Source: Planctomycetota bacterium
GTDB taxonomy: Bacteria; Planctomycetota; SZUA-567; H5-PLA8
Length of the DNA: 64,000 nt
NCBI GenBank assembly: GCA_045863855.1
Contig: BTVV01000002.1
Coordinates: 78,083-142,082 of the forward strand
Direction: 5' to 3'
Part shown: in pieces, positions 56,997-64,000 of the stretch
Numbering within the stretch: position 1 is the stretch's first letter
Layout of the letters: each line of letters starts with the position of its first letter
Translations under genes and position numbers: made by a program
The notes under the pieces: model-generated
Told to the model about the DNA's origin: nothing
The model's database searches: none
What the model saw: the letters and a program-made list of their open reading frames with translations, nothing else

Positions 56997-59465
56997 TCAA
57001 GATTCGCGGCGCAGTTCTTCCAACACTTCGAGCGCGCGCAGCCGCGCGAGCGGATCGCGTCCGCGCACGACTTCTTCCAGAATCGGAATTGCGCGCGCAC
57101 CGAACTGCTTGAGCGTCCGGCCCGCCGCGCGCGCCACGAAATCTTCACGGTCGCCCAGCAGGCGGACGAGCGCCGGGATCATCTCGGGCCGCTCGGGCGC
57201 GTACTGGCCCAGCAGTTCCGCGATGGTGCCGCGTTCCAGGGGCAGCATGCCGGGGCGGGTCAGCTTCAGCATGCGCGGAATCGCGACCTCGGGATCGGCT
57301 TTCAACCGCGCCATCACGCGCAGCGCCCAGTACGGCGCTTCGCCGTCGTCGAGCTTCAGCAATTCCTGCAGCGGCTTGAGCACCGCCGGACCGAGCGCTA
57401 CAAGCCCCGAATGCGCCGCGCGCGCGACCTTCTCGCGCGGGTCCAGAATTCCCGCGATCAGCGCTTCGATCGCGCCGTACTTATCTCCGGCCAGCGGATC
57501 GAGACCCAGATCGCCCAGCGCCCACGCCGCGGCCATTCGACGTTCGGGGAGCGGGCTGGTGAGCAATTCGATCAGGGCGGGGCTGGCTTGCCGCGCGGCC
57601 TGGCCCATGGCGCCGATGGCGAGCAATGCGGCTTCGGCCAGATCCTGATCGGCGCCTTCCGCCAGCTTGAGCAATTCCGGCAAGGCCACCACGCCAGGCG
57701 CACCCATTTCGCGCACGGTCAGCGCGATCCGCTTGATCTCCGCGGGGGCGCCTTCTTGCAGCGCGCGCAGCAGCCAGGGACCGGCTTGTGCGCCGTGCGG
57801 GCGCAGAGCGAGTCCCAGCAATTCGCGCGTCTCCGCGTCGTCGGCAAACTCGGAGCGCGCGAAATGAACCAGCGGCAGCCCCGCGCGTTCGGCTTCGGGG
57901 CCCAACCCGGCCAGCGCGGCCAGCGCCGCCCGGTGCCGGCGCGGATCGTCGGAGCCGAGCCAATCCAGCAGCGGCGGCGTCGCGGCCTTCGCGTGCGCGC
58001 CGTAAATCGCCAAGGCGCGCGCGGCGGCCAAGCGTACGTCGACCTCGGTGTCGTTCAGCGCCGCGATCAGGGACTTCGCGTTTTCGGCGGCTTGGGCGCC
58101 CTCGGCGCGACCGCGCAACGCGGTCGCGGCCTCGGCACGGTAGCCGGGATCGAGGCTGACGCTCAAGATCTCGCGAAGCTGCGCGTCATCGGCCAGTTCG
58201 GCGACCGAAACGAGCGGCGGCGCCTGCGGATCGCGTCGGACGTTCGCTTGCGCCAGGAGCGCATCTTCGCGCAAGGCGCGCAAAACGGGATTGGCTCCGG
58301 GGCCGCCGATGCCTTCGAGCCAGGCGCCCAACGGCTCGGCGGCCGCTTTGGCTTTGGGGCCCAGCTCGTTGATCGCTTCAAGGACCGTGCGGCGCACTTC
58401 CAGCGCCGGATCGTCCAGAGCGGCGAGCAACTGGGGCAACGCGTCCGCGCCGGGTGCGCCGAGTTTTCCGAGCACCTGCGCGGCCGCCGCGCGCGCGGAT
58501 GGCGCGCCTTTCAAATCGCTCAGAACCGCGCGCAAAACCGGAACGGCGCCCGTTCCGCCGCGCTGCAGCGTCTGCGCGGCCAACGATCCGACCTCGGGCC
58601 GACCCAATAAAGCTCCGCATGCCTGCAGCGTCACGGGACTGAGCGGATCGATGCCCGCCAGCGCGTACAATGCTTCGTTCTGCAACTCCGGATCGTCCGA
58701 TTCCCGCGCGATGCGCGCCAGCGGCTCCAGCGCCGCCACGGCCCACGGACCCATTTGTCCCAGTGCCTTGACCGTCGCGAGTTGCGCGGGGCCGCCGCGC
58801 GCGCGCTCCAGCGCACGCAGCAACGGCTCGATGCCGGGCTTGCCCAGGCAGCGCAGCGCCGAAGCCGCCGCCGGAGCATCCTTCGCGTCGCGCAGCGCGC
58901 GTTCGAGCCGGTCGCGCAAATCGCCGCGCAGCTCTTTCGGACCGTGGAAGTATACCGTCACGGCCGCGTTAAACGCCGCGCCGCGCAGTTCGAGATCGGG
59001 GCTGCGCAACGTGCCGAGCACCGCTTCGGCGACGGCCGGATCGTCGGGCGCGACGCGCACCACGGCGTCGAACACGATCTGCTTCAGCCGCGGCGGCGCC
59101 TTGCGGTCGGCGTAAATCGCCAGCAGATCCGGCGCCGCGGCCCGCGCTTCCGCGCCGATGCGGCCCAAGGTTTCCATCGCCAGCCGCCGCACGCTTTCGT
59201 CGCGCGCCGTTCCCGCCAGTTTGCGCAACAACGGCACCGCCGGCGCCGCTTGCGCGCCGAATTCGCCGAGCACGAACAGGCCTTGCTGGACTTCCTCGGG
59301 CAGCTCGTGAGTTTCGAGATGCGCGATCCAGCCGGCTACGTCTTTGCCGAGGATACGCTCGTTTTCGGCGGGCTCTTCGGCTCGGACCGAGGCCATCCAC
59401 GCCAAGCCCGCGAGGGCCAGCAGCACGGGCGCATGCATGAAGAAGGGACGTACGCGGTGGCGCAT
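56997..59465 (-). CDS. Exported HEAT-repeat protein
   Basis: Signal peptide; repeated VRxxAAxALGxxGxxAxxAxPxL units. Confidence 0.9.
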   Translation of the reverse strand: MRHRVRPFFMHAPVLLALAGLAWMASVRAEEPAENERILGKDVAGWIAHLETHELPEEVQQGLFVLGEFGAQAAPAVPLLRKLAGTARDESVRRLAMETLGRIGAEARAAAPDLLAIYADRKAPPRLKQIVFDAVVRVAPDDPAVAEAVLGTLRSPDLELRGAAFNAAVTVYFHGPKELRGDLRDRLERALRDAKDAPAAASALRCLGKPGIEPLLRALERARGGPAQLATVKALGQMGPWAVAALEPLARIARESDDPELQNEALYALAGIDPLSPVTLQACGALLGRPEVGSLAAQTLQRGGTGAVPVLRAVLSDLKGAPSARAAAAQVLGKLGAPGADALPQLLAALDDPALEVRRTVLEAINELGPKAKAAAEPLGAWLEGIGGPGANPVLRALREDALLAQANVRRDPQAPPLVSVAELADDAQLREILSVSLDPGYRAEAATALRGRAEGAQAAENAKSLIAALNDTEVDVRLAAARALAIYGAHAKAATPPLLDWLGSDDPRRHRAALAALAGLGPEAERAGLPLVHFARSEFADDAETRELLGLALRPHGAQAGPWLLRALQEGAPAEIKRIALTVREMGAPGVVALPELLKLAEGADQDLAEAALLAIGAMGQAARQASPALIELLTSPLPERRMAAAWALGDLGLDPLAGDKYGAIEALIAGILDPREKVARAAHSGLVALGPAVLKPLQELLKLDDGEAPYWALRVMARLKADPEVAIPRMLKLTRPGMLPLERGTIAELLGQYAPERPEMIPALVRLLGDREDFVARAAGRTLKQFGARAIPILEEVVRGRDPLARLRALEVLEELRRES

Positions 59466-59517
59466 CGCTTCGATTATCGGCCGGGGCCGGCAGGCGTCAA
59501 AATCGGAACTGAGGCGG

Positions 59518-59940
59518 TCAATTCAGGAAGGTGACGATGGTGTAGGCGCTGGCCAGCAAGACGACGAGGAGCAGGAAGAAGAGCACAAGCAGGCCGGAAC
59601 GGCGTTCCAGCCAACTGCGGTAAGACTTTTGCCTCCGCGCGTGAAGTTCGATCGATTCGAGTTCGTCGTCGGCCCGGAAGCCGCGTTCGGCGCGCAGCCT
59701 CGAATCGCCGGGTGCGCGCAGGCGCTCGCGCGCGTGGTCGCTCAGTTTCAAGCGCCGCGCTTCCTCGGCGCCGGACGCATCCAAGGGTTCGGCTTGGCTA
59801 GGCGCGGAATGCCGGTGCCGCCGGTTCAGGAAAATCAATACCTGCCGCTCCAGCGCTTCCCGCCAGTTCAAACCCGGGCGCGCTTCGAGCTCATCGAGCC
59901 GGCGCCTGCGCGCTTGGGATATCGATGGGCCGCCGCTCAT
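59518..59940 (-). CDS. Hypothetical protein with single C-terminal TM
   Basis: Arg-rich ORF ending in GLLVLFFLLLVVLLASAYTIVTFLN. Confidence 0.55.
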   Translation of the reverse strand: MSGGPSISQARRRRLDELEARPGLNWREALERQVLIFLNRRHRHSAPSQAEPLDASGAEEARRLKLSDHARERLRAPGDSRLRAERGFRADDELESIELHARRQKSYRSWLERRSGLLVLFFLLLVVLLASAYTIVTFLN

Positions 59941-60049
59941 GGCACGAAACCCCGCCTTCCATAGGCTGGACGCGTTCGGCGCGGGATACTTGGTGCAATT
60001 CTCGCTATTGGAAGCACACAACGTACTTAAGGAAGGACGAAGCGGTCTT

Positions 60050-60211
60050 TTAGCCCACCGGTGCGCCGGGCGCGCCCGGGAGCGTGGCTTGCTGCGTCCA
60101 ATACCAAGTCAGCGCGCACGCGCAGGCCATCAGAACGAAGAAGAAGAAGGTGATCCAGCCGTCGGAAAGCGCCGTGCGCTCGTGCTCGGAAGAGGATTCG
60201 GGCGTGCTCAT
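60050..60211 (-). CDS. Small single-TM protein (53 aa)
   Basis: MSTPESSSEHERTALSDGWITFFFFVLMACACALTWYW...; fills the intergenic gap. Confidence 0.5.
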   Translation of the reverse strand: MSTPESSSEHERTALSDGWITFFFFVLMACACALTWYWTQQATLPGAPGAPVG

Positions 60212-60271
60212 GGCTTGTTCATAGCTCGAAGGATGGCTTCGATCAAGCGCCCGCATGTGGCTCCAAACGAA

Positions 60272-60298
60272 GCAGGCCGCGCCAAGTGCGCGGCCTGC
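60272..60298 (-). terminator. Probable terminator hairpin after the anti-sigma-like gene
   Basis: GCAGGCCGCGC-CAAGT-GCGCGGCCTGC, followed on the minus strand by TTCGTTT. Confidence 0.65.
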
Positions 60299-60327
60299 CT
60301 CGTGAGCACAGTTCCGATACTCGCGGG

Positions 60328-62253
60328 TTAGCGATGGATCGGCATGTAGCGGTAGTAGACTTCCAGACACAGCGCGCCGAGCGCGGTGGACATCACGCGT
60401 CCACCGTAAATGTGACCCTGCGGCTCGGAGAAGAGCGGGTTCCAGGAGCCGTCGAAGTCGCCGTCCTTGCGCTGAGTGGGCAGGAGCGCGGCTTTCATGC
60501 TCTCGTTCCAGAGCTTCCAGTGCTCGCCGCCCTTCTGGAACATGACCAGCGTGCCGTAGTACCAGTAGTAGAGATTGAAGTGCGCATCGTTCGGCGTGGG
60601 CAGGTTCTGCTGCTGCTTCATCAGGTTGCAAGGCCCGGCGATGCCCGGATGGTCCATCGGCTCGCCGCCGACCATCATGCGCGTGAGCGCCGCGGCGGAG
60701 GTCATGGCCATGTTCTTGCGGCCGTTCGGATTGTCGAGCGTGCCGCGGTAGGTCATCATCCCGCCTTCCCAGTACTCGGCCGCCCCGTTGCCTTCGGGCG
60801 CACCCTTCAGATCCTGACCGGCGTTGATCCAGCGCATGGCGCCGGCGAACGCGGCCGGATCGATGCTCAGCCCGGCCACCTTGGCCGACTTCAAGGCCAT
60901 GATGTTCCAGCCGGTGACCGAGGTGTCGCAGACGCCCGTACCCGGCTGGTAGTCCCAGGCCAGGTAATCGCTCTCGTCGAGCTTGATCTGGCCTTTGACC
61001 ACGCCGTCGATCGCGCGCTGCGCGGCGGCTTTCACCAGCGGGTTTCGTCCCATCGCGGCTGCTTCGGCCAGCGCCAAGGCCGCGACTCCGTGTGTGTAGT
61101 TGCTGCCATGGTTGTTCAGCCAGCGCCCGGCGCCCATCGTTTTTTCCTGCTCTTCGAGCGTCTTGACCAGCCACTCGGTGCCGATCTTGACGTTGTTCTT
61201 GTACTTACCCACGCGCTCGGTGTGCCCCGCGCCCAGGAAGGCCAAAAGCGCGAACCCGGTGACGGCCACGTCGCCGTTCAAGCCGTTGACGCGTCCGTCG
61301 GCTTTGCCTTCGTGCTTGGTCGCGCCCCAACTGCCGTCCGGTTCCTGGTGCCGCGCGAGCCACTCCAGCGCCTTGTCCACGGCCGACTCGGTAGCCTGGC
61401 CGCCGCCGCCGCGCAGCGCGCGCCTCAGCCGGCCGCCGCCGCCGTTGGGCCGGCCGAAGGCTCCGCCGCCTCCGCCGCCCATGCCGATCGCCGCCACCGT
61501 TCCCGTGCCGCCCAGGAAGACGTCGCTGATCCCGTCTTCGCCCTTCGCGTCGGCGGCATCGGATTCGTTCGCGGTTTCCGCATGGTCGGCGACCTCCACT
61601 TCTTCATGCACCAGCACCGGCTGTTCGACCGAGACTTCCGTCGTGTTCATTTCCACTGGCTGCTTGAAGACATCGCGCGGGAGCTTCTTTTCTTCTTCCG
61701 GCGGCGGTTCGGGCTTGCGCGAAAGATCGGTCACGATCACGACTTCGTTGGGATTCGCGCGCAGCACCGCCATGCCGATCAAGGTCAGGAGGAGCAACAA
61801 GAGCGCGTGGAATGCGCCGGAGACCATCCACCACGGCGCCGCTCCGAATTTCGCGGCGAGCGTTTCGAAAAAGCCCGTGGGGGGCGGCGCGAAAAGCTCT
61901 TCGTCTTCGGGCGTGACCTCCCCGTACTCGCCGGTGATCGGCGCGGGCGTGCGTGGCAGGGTATTCGGATTGGGCAAGGCCACGCCGGGCGGCGTCTGCT
62001 TAAGTTTGGCTTCGGTCTGCTGCACGAACTCCGGGCTGAGCGGTCCGGCGCCGATCGTGCGGTTCATCAGTTTGTACATGCGCTTATGCTCGGCCAGAGC
62101 CTTCTGGCAGCGCGCACAGCCGTTCACGTGCATTTCCAGGAGTTTTGCCTCTTTGACGATCAGCTCGCCTTCGAGGTAATTGCGGAATTCGTCCTGAGCC
62201 GAGCGGCAATCGAAGCCCGTGGCGCGCAGATTCAGTTCGCTGGTGGTGCTCAT
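60328..62253 (-). CDS. zf-HC2 anti-sigma domain + TM + prenyltransferase/squalene-oxidase-repeat domain protein
   Basis: C..HVNGCARC zinc motif, WWMVSGAFHALLLLLL TM, ALEWLARHQEPDGSW, YYWYYGT, QRKDGDFDGSW. Confidence 0.87.
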   Translation of the reverse strand: MSTTSELNLRATGFDCRSAQDEFRNYLEGELIVKEAKLLEMHVNGCARCQKALAEHKRMYKLMNRTIGAGPLSPEFVQQTEAKLKQTPPGVALPNPNTLPRTPAPITGEYGEVTPEDEELFAPPPTGFFETLAAKFGAAPWWMVSGAFHALLLLLLTLIGMAVLRANPNEVVIVTDLSRKPEPPPEEEKKLPRDVFKQPVEMNTTEVSVEQPVLVHEEVEVADHAETANESDAADAKGEDGISDVFLGGTGTVAAIGMGGGGGGAFGRPNGGGGRLRRALRGGGGQATESAVDKALEWLARHQEPDGSWGATKHEGKADGRVNGLNGDVAVTGFALLAFLGAGHTERVGKYKNNVKIGTEWLVKTLEEQEKTMGAGRWLNNHGSNYTHGVAALALAEAAAMGRNPLVKAAAQRAIDGVVKGQIKLDESDYLAWDYQPGTGVCDTSVTGWNIMALKSAKVAGLSIDPAAFAGAMRWINAGQDLKGAPEGNGAAEYWEGGMMTYRGTLDNPNGRKNMAMTSAAALTRMMVGGEPMDHPGIAGPCNLMKQQQNLPTPNDAHFNLYYWYYGTLVMFQKGGEHWKLWNESMKAALLPTQRKDGDFDGSWNPLFSEPQGHIYGGRVMSTALGALCLEVYYRYMPIHR

Positions 62254-62254
62254 G

Positions 62255-62845
62255 TCAGGCGTCCTCCTCGGCCCAGAGTTGCCGCAGGGTATTCAGCAGG
62301 ATCCGGTCGGCCCGCGCGAGGCGGCTTTTGACCGTACCTTCCGGAATACCCAATCGAGCGGCAATCTCGGCGTTTTTGAGTTGCTCCCAATACCGCATCA
62401 CCACGACTTCCCGGAACGAGTCGGGCAGCGTGTCCACCGCGCGCGCCACTTTGTCGGCGGCGCTGCGGCGGCCCGCGGCTTCGAGCTTCGTGCCGGTAGG
62501 GGTCGTGAGGGGAGCGGGGACCTGTGGATCCAGCACCGGACTCGTCTGCATCCGCTCGGTGCGCCTGCGGCGCAACACCAGCAACGCGTTATTGCGGTTG
62601 ATGGTGCGCAGCCAGCGCCCGAGCTTTTGCGGATCCGCCAACTGCGGCAGATTACGGAAGGCGATGCACAGCGATTCCTGCGCGACGTCTTCCGCGTCCG
62701 GCCGGTTGCCCAGAATGCCCATCGCCTGGTTCACCAAGTCGGCCCGGAAGCGTTCCACCAGTTGCCAAAAATGGTCCTGGGGTACGCCGCCCGGATCGTG
62801 GCGCATGGCAACCAACGCTTCGATCATCATCGCGGTGGTTGGCAT
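62255..62845 (-). CDS. ECF RNA polymerase sigma factor
   Basis: DAEDVAQES..WLRTINRN (sigma2); LPDSFREVVVMRY..EIAARLGIPEGTVKSRLARA (sigma4); start may be 62875. Confidence 0.94.
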   Translation of the reverse strand: MPTTAMMIEALVAMRHDPGGVPQDHFWQLVERFRADLVNQAMGILGNRPDAEDVAQESLCIAFRNLPQLADPQKLGRWLRTINRNNALLVLRRRRTERMQTSPVLDPQVPAPLTTPTGTKLEAAGRRSAADKVARAVDTLPDSFREVVVMRYWEQLKNAEIAARLGIPEGTVKSRLARADRILLNTLRQLWAEEDA

Positions 62846-62886
62846 GAGGTTCAGGCACTCCGCTTCGGTTCCCACTCCTCCGCCCA

Positions 62887-62914
62887 GTTGATGCGGCAGG
62901 AGAACGCCAGTTCC
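62887..62914 (-). promoter_or_regulatory. Candidate ECF-type promoter upstream of the sigma gene
   Basis: Minus strand GGAACTG-N16-TCAAC. Confidence 0.5.
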
Positions 62915-63013
62915 CGAAATCTTGGAAAAAGACTACTGCACATAGAGCAAAATGGAAAGGGTGTAGCCCCTTATGTTTTCATAACTAATTATCATCAATA
63001 AGTTTACGGCATG

Positions 63014-64000
63014 TTAAGGCAGCAAACGTGCTTTCACGTTTCGGTATCCCCCCGCACCTCCAAAGGTACCAAGGGAAAACCCAACGGAGCCTGCCGGAAG
63101 CGTGGTTCGCTCAAACAGCACTTGGTCGCCATGCAACACCTGCAAGGCGGTCCCGCGGCTTCGGATCGTGCAAGCTTGCCATTGTTTGCCCGCCACCGTT
63201 TTCTTGGCCAAGCTGTTGTGCTTACGAGCGGTTCGATCCCACTGCGTGACCTCCACCTTGTCGTCTCCAACGACCAAGTAGTAAATCGAATGCTTGTCCT
63301 GGCGCATATAGACCCGCACGCTGTCCGCCGTGACGGTGCGCATTTCGAGGGAGACTTCATAGTTAGGAGAGGTAAGGCCTGGTATTCGGAGTGAGCCGGT
63401 TCCGAACAAGCCGCCTTCTTGTGGTTTCCAGTGTTTGAACTCGCCGTGGTAATCCCAGAAGGCACGATCCTCCGGCTGGAACATGGGAAGCATGGCCGGA
63501 GCCAGCAGTTTCCGAGCGTACTCCTTAACTGCCTGCGTGCGCTGAATCCGAGCTTCCATCGCATCCAGGTCCAGCGCGCCGGTAATGGTCAGATTGCTGA
63601 TGTGGGTCGTCCAGCCCGAACCCAAGGCCACGCGGCCTTTTCCGCTGCCGGAAGGATCGACAAATCCCAGCATCTCCTTCTGGTCGACCAGCACCGCCGC
63701 GCGCTTGGTGGCTTCCGTATACGTGTACTCTATCGCATACATCTGACCGGATTTGACTTTGGCATCCGAGGTGGCCAACGGACGTCTGTAGCCATCGTGC
63801 TCGGTGGATCGCCAGATCCTGGTGGACTTGTTGTCGTCGTACCCAAACTCACCCAAATAATCGTAAAAGCGCAGCAAGATGCGGCCGGCAGACTGCGCGT
63901 TGCACTGCGCCTGGAAGGTGACGCGCAGATCGCCCTTGAATGGCAGGTCGTGGCCTAATGTGATGCTGCGGGCAATCAAGTCCCCGTTTACCAGCTCCAC
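63014..64000 (-). CDS. C-terminal part of a protein with concanavalin/LamG- or DUF1080-like beta-sandwich domains (5'-truncated)
   Basis: Open to window edge; beta-rich, GRVALG..ISNLTI and GSVGF..YRNVKAR domain ends. Confidence 0.6.
   Translation of the reverse strand: MELVNGDLIARSITLGHDLPFKGDLRVTFQAQCNAQSAGRILLRFYDYLGEFGYDDNKSTRIWRSTEHDGYRRPLATSDAKVKSGQMYAIEYTYTEATKRAAVLVDQKEMLGFVDPSGSGKGRVALGSGWTTHISNLTITGALDLDAMEARIQRTQAVKEYARKLLAPAMLPMFQPEDRAFWDYHGEFKHWKPQEGGLFGTGSLRIPGLTSPNYEVSLEMRTVTADSVRVYMRQDKHSIYYLVVGDDKVEVTQWDRTARKHNSLAKKTVAGKQWQACTIRSRGTALQVLHGDQVLFERTTLPAGSVGFSLGTFGGAGGYRNVKARLLP

Noticed and set aside
60328..62253. Squalene-hopene cyclase
   Set aside because: Only one barrel-sized region, no DxDD motif, and located after a TM segment

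Overview
High-GC bacterial chromosomal window, most likely Planctomycetota. This is inferred from a TPR/dual RpoA-CTD protein, a HEAT-repeat protein, a prenyltransferase-repeat protein and an 'IRE'-like TPR protein. It holds about 50 CDS, tRNA-Lys(CTT) and housekeeping genes (fumC, carA, rpmB, ruvA, ruvB). Accessory blocks are AraC/PhyH catabolic pairs, a GntR-linked esterase plus giant beta-propeller locus, and an ECF sigma/anti-sigma pair. The best candidate for an undescribed system is at 31.2-48.1 kb: three SPFH proteins (one His-rich, one with a multi-TM head), a PilGHI/Xap-like ABC exporter with a TPR partner, two GT-C glycosyltransferases and a non-canonical P1B ATPase, with no ftsH in the window. 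Also notable are a fused MenA1/MenT1-like nucleotidyltransferase with an apparent catalytic Asp->Val change between ruvA and ruvB, a low-GC DUF2950-serpin fusion, and intergenic heptamer repeat arrays. I saw no CRISPR array, transposase, integrase or rRNA. All family calls come from motif recognition by eye, not database searches. Start codons were chosen manually.
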